This document shows positions 38,018 to 48,157 of a stretch of 64,000 nt of DNA, one piece after another. The translations under genes and the position numbers were made by a program. Every line of letters starts with the position of its first letter. Position 1 is the stretch's first letter. The DNA comes from Candidatus Pelearchaeum maunauluense. Lineage in GTDB: Archaea > Thermoproteota > Nitrososphaeria_A > Caldarchaeales > Caldarchaeaceae. The stretch spans positions 1 through 64,000 of the forward strand of contig JANVYQ010000004.1 in the NCBI GenBank assembly GCA_030059675.1, given 5' to 3'. The notes beneath the pieces were generated by a model. The model did no database searches and had not been told where the DNA came from. It was given only the letters and a program-made list of their open reading frames with translations.

Positions 38018-38800
38018 TTATAGTCTCTCCAGAACTCTGGCGCCTTCTATAACGAAGCCAGCCTTGTAATGTATTCCATACATGACCTCTAGGGGCTTTA
38101 CCAGCTCCAGCTCCTCGCTTGGCGACTTCCCCAGCTCCACCTCGCCCTCGCCAATCCATACGTCATCTACGCGTGAGCCTGTCTTGATTACCTCCACAAG
38201 CTCCGAAACACTTGTCTGACCTTCATGCGTTGTTGGGAAGTGCCTATATCCAAAAGTTGCGCCGAACTTCATAACGTCATCAACGGTTCCGCGTCGGTTA
38301 ATCTTGAGCCGCACAGTCAATAGTCTATAGCCATGCCTGACGCAGTAGCCTGTAAGCCTTACACCCTCTCTAACGTTTTCGGCAAACCTGTTGAACCTAT
38401 GAAATCGCGTCATAACTATCTCGTCTGCTATCTTTTTGGGATAGCCATTAAGCCAGCCGCGAATCAAAGCCCAATCCCTGTCAACCCACATGAAGGGGTA
38501 GAAGACACCTCTCCTGTCTTTATATTCGCAGAGAACCCCTATACCAGCCTCGTGGTAAATCGTCTGCGCGGGGTCTAGAAATAAAGCCTCTGGATTCTTC
38601 TCGCTCACCGAGACGAACTCGCTCACGTAAGCAGCCGCAGTGCCGTCAACAACCCTAAGCGGCGCTGGGAGAAGCTTCTGCAATCCATCAACATCACCGC
38701 GGAAATAGACGCTCACATAGTCTATCCCATAATGCCAAGGCCCCTCCTCAACAACCGAGCCCCTGCCCTCTGGAGTTAGAAAGTGAGTAAACGGCTTCAT
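38018..38800 (-). CDS. Acetoacetate decarboxylase-like family protein
   Basis: GPWHY, YHEA and MWVD.D.AL.RGW..GYPKK (Schiff-base Lys). Confidence 0.85.
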   Translation of the reverse strand: MKPFTHFLTPEGRGSVVEEGPWHYGIDYVSVYFRGDVDGLQKLLPAPLRVVDGTAAAYVSEFVSVSEKNPEALFLDPAQTIYHEAGIGVLCEYKDRRGVFYPFMWVDRDWALIRGWLNGYPKKIADEIVMTRFHRFNRFAENVREGVRLTGYCVRHGYRLLTVRLKINRRGTVDDVMKFGATFGYRHFPTTHEGQTSVSELVEVIKTGSRVDDVWIGEGEVELGKSPSEELELVKPLEVMYGIHYKAGFVIEGARVLERL

Positions 38801-38839
38801 GACTAGATTAGACTCTGAAAGTTTGAGCGCTTATTAAAG

Positions 38840-39030
38840 TTAGGGCCGCGAGACTATACTGGCGAGCTCATCCTCCCTCCCAGTCTCGTATCTACTCAAC
38901 TCTAGTAGCTTCTCTATCCTTAGGGAGACGTTAGCGCGGATAAGCTCGTCTATCAACTCTGAAAATGATTTTCCATTCTTCAGCTGCTCAAGCTTGGCGT
39001 AAACCCCTCGGATATTGTGAGAGTTTTATG
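38840..39030 (-). pseudogene. VapB-type antitoxin remnant (frameshifted, no start codon, no toxin)
   Basis: KTLTISE, then after a frameshift VYAKLEQLKNGKSFSELIDELI, the archaeal VapB/UPF0330 pattern. Confidence 0.7.
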
Positions 39031-39079
39031 CTAAATGTAAAAATATTGTGTTATTTTTTGGCCATTTTGGTGTGCTGGG

Positions 39080-40039
39080 CTGAAGCTATGCACGTTTCTG
39101 AAGAATGGAGAGCATAAGGCTGGCTTGGTCTTGGGTGAGGTGGTGGTTGATATAGCGTATGCCGCAGCTAGGCATTTTGGACAGAGGGTTCCTAGTGATA
39201 TGCTGGGGTTGCTGGATAGCTGGGACGATGTGCTACCTGTTCTGAGGCATATAGCTAAGCGGGTGGATGAGACGCAGCCTAGCGAAGGCGTGTATAGCCT
39301 AGACGAAACTAGGCTGCTCGCCCCAATACCTAGGCCACGCAAAATCATCGCTACCCTAGTCAACACCTATGGAATGTTGGGTGGCGGGGATGTGGAGCCC
39401 CTCAAGCATCCGCGCTTATTCATGAAAGCCCCAAGCACGGTCATAGGGCCTGGAGAAACAATACTCGCGCCGCCGCATGGTGTTAGGCCTGAGGTTGAGC
39501 TAGCCGCCGTGATAGGCCATAAAGTAAGGCGCGCCAACGTGGATGAAGCTGGCAGAGCAATAATAGGCTACACTATAATGAACGATGTAACAGCGCCGCG
39601 CGAGTCGCGTGAGGATGCTTACGAGGCTTATAGACGCGACCCAGCAACAGGTGAAGTCAGGAAGGTGAGGCTACGCGGCCCGTTGTTCCGCTCCAAGAAC
39701 CATGACACTTTCACACCGCTTGGGCCGTGGATAACCACGGTGGATGAGGTTGGTGATGTCTCAAGCCTACGCCTCATCACGCGCTTCAACGGTGAGATAA
39801 TCCAGGAAGGAACTACTAGGGAGTATATTTTCAGCCCAGCCGCGATAGTTGCGTTCATTTCTGGATTCATGACGCTTGAGCCTGGTGATGTGGTCTCCGC
39901 TGGCACCGTGGGCTGGGTAGCCGCTGAGCTGGGCGGCTCAGACCCATCCGAGTGGGTTCTTCCAAAAAATGAAGGGATTCTGGAGCTTGAGATTGAGAGG
40001 ATAGGAGTATTGAGAAATCCCGTAAGGCCTGAGGTGTAG
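39080..40039 (+). CDS. Fumarylacetoacetate hydrolase family protein (HpaG-like)
   Basis: LLAPIPRP.KII, FMKAPS, EVELA.VIG, NDVT, SKNHDTFTPLGP and TLEPGDV..GT; family-typical N-terminus (M)KLCTF begins at CTG 39080. Confidence 0.88.
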   Translation: MKLCTFLKNGEHKAGLVLGEVVVDIAYAAARHFGQRVPSDMLGLLDSWDDVLPVLRHIAKRVDETQPSEGVYSLDETRLLAPIPRPRKIIATLVNTYGMLGGGDVEPLKHPRLFMKAPSTVIGPGETILAPPHGVRPEVELAAVIGHKVRRANVDEAGRAIIGYTIMNDVTAPRESREDAYEAYRRDPATGEVRKVRLRGPLFRSKNHDTFTPLGPWITTVDEVGDVSSLRLITRFNGEIIQEGTTREYIFSPAAIVAFISGFMTLEPGDVVSAGTVGWVAAELGGSDPSEWVLPKNEGILELEIERIGVLRNPVRPEV

Positions 40040-40040
40040 G

Positions 40041-41510
40041 TTATTCTGGGTCTGGTATGGAGTCCAGCAGAGTCTTAGCCAGCTTCACACACTCCTCACG
40101 CTGCTTTGCGAACTGCATCTGCATCCTAGACCACATGACCGTTGGGTCTCCCCTACTAAACCTGTCATAAAGCTCGTAGCGCTGGCCCAGCTCGCTGCAC
40201 ACAACATCCCACGCTAGGTTGAAGAGCTTTATCCTCTCCACAGCGGAGACACCAGCACCAACTAGGTACTTATCTATGTACTGCCTTATCTCTGGATTCT
40301 CCAAATCCTTCCGCGAGGAGGGTAGGGATACTAGAGAACCCCCTGATAGGAGTTTTATTATCTCAAACGCTCTTGGAAGGGCTTTCATGTTGAAGTGGCT
40401 TACTGAGACGGCTATCTCTGGGTTTGGTCTGTAGAGCCCGTTGTCAAGCTTCTCGCCCGCGTCCTCGGCCGCGATTATAGCTGCCCTAGTTATGTTAAGG
40501 TATATGAGAAGCTCTCCCAGCTTCTCCTGAACATTAACAAACTTATCAATACCAACCGCTTGTGCTATGAGTGTGGCAAGCCCTGTAAGGAATTTGAGCC
40601 TAGAATAATACTGCACGTTGAAGTGGTAGTTGAACCACGCCTTCATGTAGACACCGCCCCACATCATCGGGATAACCTTATCCACCTCCTCCAAGAAGAG
40701 AAAATTCTCCTTTGGTATCTTCACGTTGTCAAAAACAACAAAAGCGTCGCTCTCCTCAAACCTTGAGCTTATCGGATACTCAAACTCACCGTACCCGTCG
40801 CGTGGCTTGAAACTCCTACGTGCTATGAACTTTATCCCATCAAGGTTCGTTGGGCATACGAAGGCTATCGCATAACGAGGGTCTGGGTCTCTCAAGAGGT
40901 TTGGGAAGTATATGAGCTCCTCAGCATAGGGGGCTGCTGTAGACACCATAGCAGCGCCCCGCACTACGACTGTGCTGTTATTCTTCTCCACCACACCAGC
41001 CTGGATGTATGGGTCAACTAGCTGAGAAGCCATCTTGGAGCGGTCAACCATAGGGGCTACAATAGCATGGGTCAGGAAAAGGTCGTTCTCGCTACAATGC
41101 TCATACAAGCTTATCGCATTATCCGCGAAGAGCGGGTCTTTATCGCCAAAGAAATCCCATGCATGGGCTGCAAATATAGCCATCCACATGTTGAGATAAT
41201 CATAACACCTGCCGAAGAAGCCTAGGAGGTTATCGTATATTATGTTGAGCGCTTCGCGTATCCGTCTGAGGTCTTCCTTAGAACGTGGTATCATGTAAGT
41301 TATGTTTGTGCGCTGGCCATTCTTCAGGTATGTGAGCTTATCCTGATACTCTGGGCTCCATTGTAGGTCGTATATGCGGGCTAGGGTTTGTATGGGTATC
41401 TTGAAGGCTGGATGCTCCACAACATTCTCTACCCGCTTACCCTCATAATAAACAGTAGGCTGCCTTTCCCTCAGGCTCGCGATATAATCCACGCCTCGTC
41501 TTATTGGCAT
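40041..41510 (-). CDS. hpaB: 4-hydroxyphenylacetate 3-monooxygenase, oxygenase component
   Basis: G..YIASLR, HPAF, GR..DY.N, SSRFEESDA..VFDNV.IP and R.KLF.LAWD...SE...R..LY.RF..GDP. Confidence 0.88.
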   Translation of the reverse strand: MPIRRGVDYIASLRERQPTVYYEGKRVENVVEHPAFKIPIQTLARIYDLQWSPEYQDKLTYLKNGQRTNITYMIPRSKEDLRRIREALNIIYDNLLGFFGRCYDYLNMWMAIFAAHAWDFFGDKDPLFADNAISLYEHCSENDLFLTHAIVAPMVDRSKMASQLVDPYIQAGVVEKNNSTVVVRGAAMVSTAAPYAEELIYFPNLLRDPDPRYAIAFVCPTNLDGIKFIARRSFKPRDGYGEFEYPISSRFEESDAFVVFDNVKIPKENFLFLEEVDKVIPMMWGGVYMKAWFNYHFNVQYYSRLKFLTGLATLIAQAVGIDKFVNVQEKLGELLIYLNITRAAIIAAEDAGEKLDNGLYRPNPEIAVSVSHFNMKALPRAFEIIKLLSGGSLVSLPSSRKDLENPEIRQYIDKYLVGAGVSAVERIKLFNLAWDVVCSELGQRYELYDRFSRGDPTVMWSRMQMQFAKQREECVKLAKTLLDSIPDPE

Positions 41511-41525
41511 GGTCTAGCCACTCTC

Positions 41526-42506
41526 CTACGTAACGAAGTCTGGCCTATCCTTAAGCTCCGCGGGGATGGGTGTTAAGAGTCTCCCATCAGTTACCGACTC
41601 CACCAACGAAGCCTCATCAAACCAGCTACGCGGCGCTACATGCCCCCAGAAGGTCTGACGCCTCTTATCGTTGATAGACCAGCGTATAGGCTTCCAGTCG
41701 GGGTCTGGTATCATGTAGTCGCTTGTGTATATCTCCATCCTGTTTCCATCGGGGTCGCGGACATATACGAAGAAGGCGTTTGACAACCCATGTCTTCCAG
41801 GGCCGCGTTCTATGTTGTCTGTCATCCCAGCTCCCGCTAGTATGTCGCAGGCTCTTATCACCCCAACCATGTCTTGAACCCAGACGGCGAAGTGATGAAG
41901 CCGTGGGCCTGTCCCAGTCATGAGGGCTATGTCGTGGACATTCTGCTTACGGTGCATCCAGACCGCCCAGAGCTTGCCGTCATCAGTCTCTGTGTATTCG
42001 GAAACCCAGAAACCAAGCTCACCTACGTAGTAGTCATAGCCCCTCTGCACGTCTGGAGTCTGGCAGTTGACGTGGTCTAGCCGCATGGGGCTAACACCCC
42101 TATGTAGATGAAACTGCTGGAGTAGCCGTTCTGCCTCGTCCATCTCGTGATAGAACTCTACTGGGAAGCCTAGGGGATCTTGAACCCTTATCGCCTCTCC
42201 CTGTCCCTTCTCGCTCCCCCCGGGTAGCTTCACTACTGGTAGCTTCTTTGCCTTGAAGAATTCTGTAAGCCTGTCCAAGTCTTCTGGGTCGCTCACCCTA
42301 TAAGCGAAATGAGCAACCCCAGGGCTTTCAGCCTGCTTCAGTATTATGCTGTGGTGTTGTCTCTCCTCAAGGCCGCGAAGATATATCCTACCACCATCGC
42401 GTTCAGTCTCCACAAGTCCAAGAAGACCGACGTAAAACTCCCACGCCCTATCCAGGTCGGTTACCCTAATCTCAACATGACTTACCCGCGTTATACTGAA
42501 GGCCAT
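41526..42506 (-). CDS. hpaD: 3,4-dihydroxyphenylacetate 2,3-dioxygenase (VOC extradiol)
   Basis: YLRGLEER.HHS, LDHVN, HRKQNVHDIAL..G.GPRLHH, ERGPGRHGLSNAFFVY and RRQTFWG. Confidence 0.93.
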   Translation of the reverse strand: MAFSITRVSHVEIRVTDLDRAWEFYVGLLGLVETERDGGRIYLRGLEERQHHSIILKQAESPGVAHFAYRVSDPEDLDRLTEFFKAKKLPVVKLPGGSEKGQGEAIRVQDPLGFPVEFYHEMDEAERLLQQFHLHRGVSPMRLDHVNCQTPDVQRGYDYYVGELGFWVSEYTETDDGKLWAVWMHRKQNVHDIALMTGTGPRLHHFAVWVQDMVGVIRACDILAGAGMTDNIERGPGRHGLSNAFFVYVRDPDGNRMEIYTSDYMIPDPDWKPIRWSINDKRRQTFWGHVAPRSWFDEASLVESVTDGRLLTPIPAELKDRPDFVT

Positions 42507-42593
42507 GACCCTTACATGCTCGGCATTTCTTATGATAATTAAGGATTTTGCTATGTTTATAGAGATGGTAGATCAATTATATAGATAAAACTT

Positions 42594-43124
42594 TCACCAC
42601 TCATGCAAAAGCGAGTAATAATCCGTAGCTAAGGCGAAGGGGTCGGTTACTGTCGTGTAGCTCCTGTTGTAATATACGAGGGGTTGAGTTCTTCTTGTTA
42701 AGCGTGCCTCTATCACCTCGCCTAGTATTATGCTGTGGTCACCTCCTTCATAGACGCGCCAACGCTTGCATTCAAGCCATGCGACGGCTCCCAGTATGAG
42801 GGGCGAGCCTGTGCTGCCTAGGCGGTATGGTATGTTCTCAAACTTGTCCTTCACGCCAGCCACGCGGCCAGCGAAGCGCTCCGAAACCCATGCTTGGTCT
42901 GATGACAACACACTAACAGCGAAATACTCTGCGTTAACAAGCGGCTCATGTGAGGAGCTTGCCTTGGCTATAGCAATCATAGCTAGAGGAGGGTTGATGG
43001 AGATGGAAGTGAAAGAGCTGACCGTAATTCCTACAAGCCTATCGCCATGACGGGCTGTAACAACGGTAACCCCCTGCGCATAGTGGCGCATAACCTCCTT
43101 AAATCCTTCCTGCACAGCCGACAT
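42594..43124 (-). CDS. hpaC: Flavin reductase
   Basis: GVTVVT, GITVSSFTS.S..PPL, GGDH.I..GEV and PLVY; adjacent to hpaD/hpaB. Confidence 0.85.
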   Translation of the reverse strand: MSAVQEGFKEVMRHYAQGVTVVTARHGDRLVGITVSSFTSISINPPLAMIAIAKASSSHEPLVNAEYFAVSVLSSDQAWVSERFAGRVAGVKDKFENIPYRLGSTGSPLILGAVAWLECKRWRVYEGGDHSIILGEVIEARLTRRTQPLVYYNRSYTTVTDPFALATDYYSLLHEW

Positions 43125-43246
43125 ACGGGATGACCGTCGTTTCTTAGATGATTAATTTATGTTATGCCGACGCGCGTTAAGCTTTTATAGAAAAGTAAAA
43201 ATCAGGCGGTAAGCCCTAACTAGGTTCGGGGGTGCATTTATAAGAG

Positions 43247-44737
43247 ATGGTAGAAGCCAGGGCTGTCCAGACATATCTTAACTATGTGAATGGTGAGTGG
43301 GTTAGGTCTTCTTCTGAAGAGAAGCTGGAGAGTATAAACCCAGCTACTGGCGAGCTTGTGGCTGTTGCTCAACAGTCAACCGCTGAGGATGTTGACGCCG
43401 CCGTAGATGCGGCGCGGGATGCTTTCTTCTCAGGAGTGTGGAGCGAGAAGAAGCCCCAAGAGAGGGCACGTGTCCTCTTCAAGATAGCTGAACTCCTCCG
43501 CTCAAACGCCGATACACTGGCAACATTACTTACACGCGAGAACGGTAAGCCGATAAAAAACGCGCGAGGAGAGATACTATACGCCGCTAACGTCTTTGAA
43601 TATTATGGCGCTTTAGCCCGCGTGGTTCTGGGTAACATACCACGCTATGGCTCAAGTGATGTTAGTCTAGTCGTGAAAGAGCCTGTAGGTGTGTGTGGCC
43701 TCATAGTACCATGGAACTCGCCGATACAGCTCGCCTCATGGAAGCTTGCCCCCGCACTGGCCGCGGGATGCACAATAGTCCTAAAACCATCAGAATACAC
43801 CCCAGCAATATCACTGGAGGTCGTGAAGCTCATAAGCACTATAGAGGAACTACCCCGCGGCGTTCTAAACGTAGTAACAGGCCCAGGAGACCCAACTGGA
43901 ACCGCGCTGGTCAAAAACACGAAAGTTGACAAAATCTCGTTCACGGGCTCCACCGAGACTGGGCGTAGGATAATGGAGATGGCGGCGGTCAATCTTAAGA
44001 AGATAAACTTGGAGTGTGGTGGGAAGTCGGCCAACATAGTGTTTGACGATGCAAACTTGGAGCAGGCACTACGCGGTACTCTGTGGGGAATCTTCAGGAG
44101 CGCTGGCCAGTCATGTAACGCTGGTTCTAGGCTACTTGTTCAAGAGACGATATACGAAGAGTTCGTTAGGAAGTTTGTGGAGCTTGCCAAGGGGATTAAG
44201 GTCGGCAACGGCTTAGACCCAAGCACGGAGATGGGGCCTATAATATCGGAGCGCCAGCTCAATAGGGTACTGTCATACATCAAGTCAGGCGTTGATGAGG
44301 GTGCGCGTCTCCTCTATGGGGGTAAGCGGCTAACCGAAGGCGAGCTGGCTAGAGGCTTCTTCATCCAACCAACAATCTTTGACAACGTCTCGCGAGATAT
44401 GCGCATCTTCCAAGAAGAGATCTTCGGGCCTGTGGTCTGTGTTATCCCATTTAAGAATGAGCGCGACGCGATTGAGATAGCTAACGACACGAAATACGGG
44501 CTTGCTGGAAATATCTGGTCACGCAACCTATTCCGTATTATGCGCGTGGCGCGTGGTGTGCGAACTGGAACGATCTGGGTTAACCGTCATCTCAACCCTG
44601 GGCCTGAGCCGCCCTTTGGAGGGTATAAGCAGAGCGGGATAGGACGCGAGCAGGGTATTGAGGGACTTATGGAGTATCTAGAGACCAAGCACATATGTCT
44701 AGAGATTAGCGAGGCATTCGGGGGTCCTGAACGATAA
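43247..44737 (+). CDS. Aldehyde dehydrogenase (candidate ring-cleavage semialdehyde dehydrogenase, HpaE-like role)
   Basis: PWNSP, FTGSTETG, LECGGKS, GQSC and EEIFGP. Confidence 0.9.
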   Translation: MVEARAVQTYLNYVNGEWVRSSSEEKLESINPATGELVAVAQQSTAEDVDAAVDAARDAFFSGVWSEKKPQERARVLFKIAELLRSNADTLATLLTRENGKPIKNARGEILYAANVFEYYGALARVVLGNIPRYGSSDVSLVVKEPVGVCGLIVPWNSPIQLASWKLAPALAAGCTIVLKPSEYTPAISLEVVKLISTIEELPRGVLNVVTGPGDPTGTALVKNTKVDKISFTGSTETGRRIMEMAAVNLKKINLECGGKSANIVFDDANLEQALRGTLWGIFRSAGQSCNAGSRLLVQETIYEEFVRKFVELAKGIKVGNGLDPSTEMGPIISERQLNRVLSYIKSGVDEGARLLYGGKRLTEGELARGFFIQPTIFDNVSRDMRIFQEEIFGPVVCVIPFKNERDAIEIANDTKYGLAGNIWSRNLFRIMRVARGVRTGTIWVNRHLNPGPEPPFGGYKQSGIGREQGIEGLMEYLETKHICLEISEAFGGPER

Positions 44738-44740
44738 GAC

Positions 44741-46129
44741 CTAAACGCCTACGCAGAGAATAGCCACATCCCCAACATTAGTTCCTGTTCTCCCAGTAAG
44801 TATAAGTCCTCCAACTTTTTTGAAGAAGTTATACGAGTCGTTGCGTTCTAGATAATCGTCGGCACTTAGCCCTACTCTGAGAGCCTGCTTTAGGGTTTCT
44901 GGGCTGCATATGGCTCCAGCCGCGTCTGTTGGGCCGTCTATTCCATCAGTTCCTAGTGATGCCAGGACAGCCTTACGCGTCTTGGCTAGCTTCTCCACAG
45001 CAGAGAGAACCAGCTCTTGATTTCTTCCGCCAACCCCATCGCCGCGCACTGATACGGTAGTCTCACCGCCGACGACAAACGCGCAAGGCCTCCTGAGAGG
45101 GACATCATAACACTCAACGCTCCGCGCAATAGAAGACAACACACGGCCAACCTCGCGCGCCTCCCCCTCGAGATGCGAAGACATTATCATAGACCTATAG
45201 CCGGAGCACCGCATAAAGCTAGCCGCAGCCTTGCAAGCATCAAAATTACCACCCACCACAATGTTCGTTATGCGTTTAAAGACGTTGTCCGATGGTTTGG
45301 GGGTTTCAGGAATCTCCCCCGACGTGCCTCGCCTGAGCCTGGCGAGTACGCTTGATGGTGTCTTATCTATAATTCCGCGCCTCTCCAATATCTGTAATGC
45401 ATCAGAATAGGTTGTTGCGTCTGGTGCTGTTGGACCTGAGCCTATAGTAGCTATATCGTCGCCTACCACGTCTGATAGTATAAGCGAGACCACGCGCGAC
45501 CTATTGAGCGCCTTTGCCAACTGTCCTCCCTTTATTGCGGAAATATGCTTACGTACCGTGTTCAGCTCATGTATTGTCGCGCCAGACTTCAGGAGGAGAT
45601 TCGTAACCTCTATCTTATCTTCAAGGGAGATTCCCTCGGCTGGGAGAGGAATGAGAGCCGAAGCTCCGCCTGATAGTAGGAATATCGTTAATGTATTCTC
45701 TCTACAGCTTTCTGCGAGTTCAATAATTTGTTGCGCTGCTCTTACTCCATTTGTATCTGGTATTGGATGACCTGCTTCTAGAATCTTGACACAATCTAGC
45801 GCTTTCGTGTTAGAGCCGTAGGGAACTACTATGGCGCCGCGCTTAATCCTACGGCCAAGAAGCTTCAGCATTGCTTTGGCCATGCCAAGCGCGGCTTTAC
45901 CAGCCCCAATCAAAACAACCTCATCAAACTTGTCAAGATTTAGACGCTTATCCCCAACCCTAAACATGCTCCCCCTCACGGTAATTTTATCACGAAGCAG
46001 CCTATCAGGCTGTACAGCGGCTATGGCTTTATCAAGAGCGTGTAGAACCGTTTTAACTTCACGTCTAACCCGCGTGGGTGCATTATCAACAAGGCTATCC
46101 GCATTACTAATATGCTCAAAGCCTCTCAT
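44741..46129 (-). CDS. Glycerate 2-kinase (MOFRL family)
   Basis: GAGKAA, GHP.PD, LSGGASAL, GGETTV, GGRNQE, TDG.DG and TGTNV.D. Confidence 0.93.
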   Translation of the reverse strand: MRGFEHISNADSLVDNAPTRVRREVKTVLHALDKAIAAVQPDRLLRDKITVRGSMFRVGDKRLNLDKFDEVVLIGAGKAALGMAKAMLKLLGRRIKRGAIVVPYGSNTKALDCVKILEAGHPIPDTNGVRAAQQIIELAESCRENTLTIFLLSGGASALIPLPAEGISLEDKIEVTNLLLKSGATIHELNTVRKHISAIKGGQLAKALNRSRVVSLILSDVVGDDIATIGSGPTAPDATTYSDALQILERRGIIDKTPSSVLARLRRGTSGEIPETPKPSDNVFKRITNIVVGGNFDACKAAASFMRCSGYRSMIMSSHLEGEAREVGRVLSSIARSVECYDVPLRRPCAFVVGGETTVSVRGDGVGGRNQELVLSAVEKLAKTRKAVLASLGTDGIDGPTDAAGAICSPETLKQALRVGLSADDYLERNDSYNFFKKVGGLILTGRTGTNVGDVAILCVGV

Positions 46130-46324
46130 AGGCTCGGAGTAAATGCTGATTTCTCATGATAAAAATAATCAAAACAAAAAATCAAGACTTAAATGGTGGA
46201 TTTTTAACTGGTAAGATGGGCAGCAGCAATTAACGCTCTCAACTAATCTACTCATTCAGAAAAATTGGGGATTATCTATCCACTCAACAAACCTAAGCCA
46301 AATAAAGTCGGGAGGGCTGAATAG

Positions 46325-48026
46325 ATGGTTGCATTAAAATCACCAGAATACACAAAACGGCTCACAGTTCTGGATGCTTTAGGAGCCCTAGTGGGATTAG
46401 CTGGAGGGTTAGGGGCGATAATCTTCCGACAAATGGTATCACTAAACAATAAAATATTCTTTGACACACTACTGCCCTTAATTTCGTTTGAGATTGCGGG
46501 CTATAATGCTGGTATGATATTCCTCCCCGCTTTAGGCGGTCTTATCGTCGGCTCAATTGTGATGAAATACGCTCCCGAAACAAAGGGGCATGGAGCACCA
46601 GAAGTTATGGAAGCCGTTGCACTAAGAGGAGGAAGGATAAGAAAGCGTGTAGCATTTATGAAGATAATTGTCTCTTCAATAACCATAGGCTCTGGCAGCA
46701 GCGCAGGTAGGCGCTTCGGTAGGCTCGCTGCTCGCGCAGGTATTTAAGCTAAGCCCCAACGACACGCGCTTACTAGTAGTATGTGGGCTCTCAGCGGGAA
46801 TAGCTGGGAAATTCAACGCTCCGCTGGGTGGCGCCATCTTCGGGATGGAGGTACTCCTGCGCGGTATAAGCATCTTCAACACCACCGCAGTAATCCTCGC
46901 TTCAGTCATAGGAGCTGCAACAGCGGCCTCAGTCCTAGGTCAGAGACCAGCATTCAATGCTCCAATAATAACAACCTGGAACCCACAGGAGTTGCTACTC
47001 TGCATACTATTGGGAATAATATTCGGGCTCCTTGTTGTAGCGTGGGTTAAAGTGTTCTATACTTTTGAGGAAGTTTTCGCCAGATTACGCGTTCCTGATA
47101 CGTATAAGCCTGCATTAGGCGGCCTAGCTACTGGCGTGCTGCTAATGCTCTTCCCGCAGTTCGGCATAGGTGGTGTAGGCTATGAAGGGATTAACATGGT
47201 GCTGGCAGGAGAACTAACACTAATGCTAGTCCTAATCCTTGGTATGCTGAAGATTCTAGCCACATCGTTCACTATAGGCTCTGGAGGAAGCGGAGGAATA
47301 TTCGCCCCAAACCTATACATAGGCTCCATGTTTGGAACAGCTATGGGAATACTATTCCAATCAGCATTCCCCAATCTGGTGAGCCACCCATTCACATACA
47401 CGCTTGCTGGAATGGGGGCGCTACTCGCTGGAACGGCACAAGCACCTCTTAACGTTATAGTAATGATACCAGAGATGTCAGGCGACTATGCATTAATACC
47501 TCCGCTAATGGCTTCCTCCGTCTCAAGCTTCTTCGTAGCCTGGATATTCCTCAAAGGCTAATCAATCTACACGATAAAACTGGAAAGAAGAGGCGTAAAG
47601 CTCAGAATGGGAAGACCATACGCACTAGACGTAATAACAGTAGAAGAAGTAATGACACGCAACGTAATAACCGTGCCATCAGACATGCCTATAGCAGCCC
47701 TTGAAATCATGTTTGAAGAATACGGCCATATGGGGTACCCAATAGTGGAGAAAGACAGACTCGTGGGTATAGTAACTTTAAGCGACGTACAGAAAGTACC
47801 AAGCGAGAAACGCGGTGAGACAAGGGTAATAGAGATAGCTAGCAAAAACCTCATAGTGGCGTATCCAGACGAAACCATGCGCGAAGCCCTAGATAAAATG
47901 TACAAACACAACGTGGGAAGACTCCCAGTAGTGGAGAGAAACAACCCCCAACGCATAGTTGGCATAATCTCGAAGAAGGATATTCTAAGAGCTTTCGAGA
48001 TTGCTACGGGTAGAATTATAGAGTAA
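46325..48026 (+). pseudogene. ClC chloride channel/antiporter with CBS domains, disrupted
   Basis: GHGAPEV, FNAP.GG and GGSGGIFAP present; EGPxxQIG deleted after AGR with a frameshift near 46710; in-frame TAA at 47559-47561 before the CBS pair. Confidence 0.88.
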
Positions 48027-48042
48027 TTAGGGGGATGTTGTA

Positions 48043-48116
48043 AGCCCTGGGAGGGCTTTGAACCCTCGACCTGCCGCTTACAAGGCGGCCGCTCTACCCA
48101 ACTGAGCTACCAGGGC
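48043..48116 (-). tRNA. tRNA-Thr(UGU)
   Basis: GCCCTGG/CCAGGGC acceptor stem, anticodon arm GCCGC-CTTGTAA-GCGGC, GGTTCAAA T-loop. Confidence 0.95.
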
Positions 48117-48157
48117 TCTGTTATTGCGGTCTGTCGTGGTTGTTTTTAGACGTTTCT

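Noticed and set aside
27900-48116. Integrated island anchored at tRNA-Thr
   Set aside because: No integrase, and I could not find a duplicated tRNA 3' end by eye.
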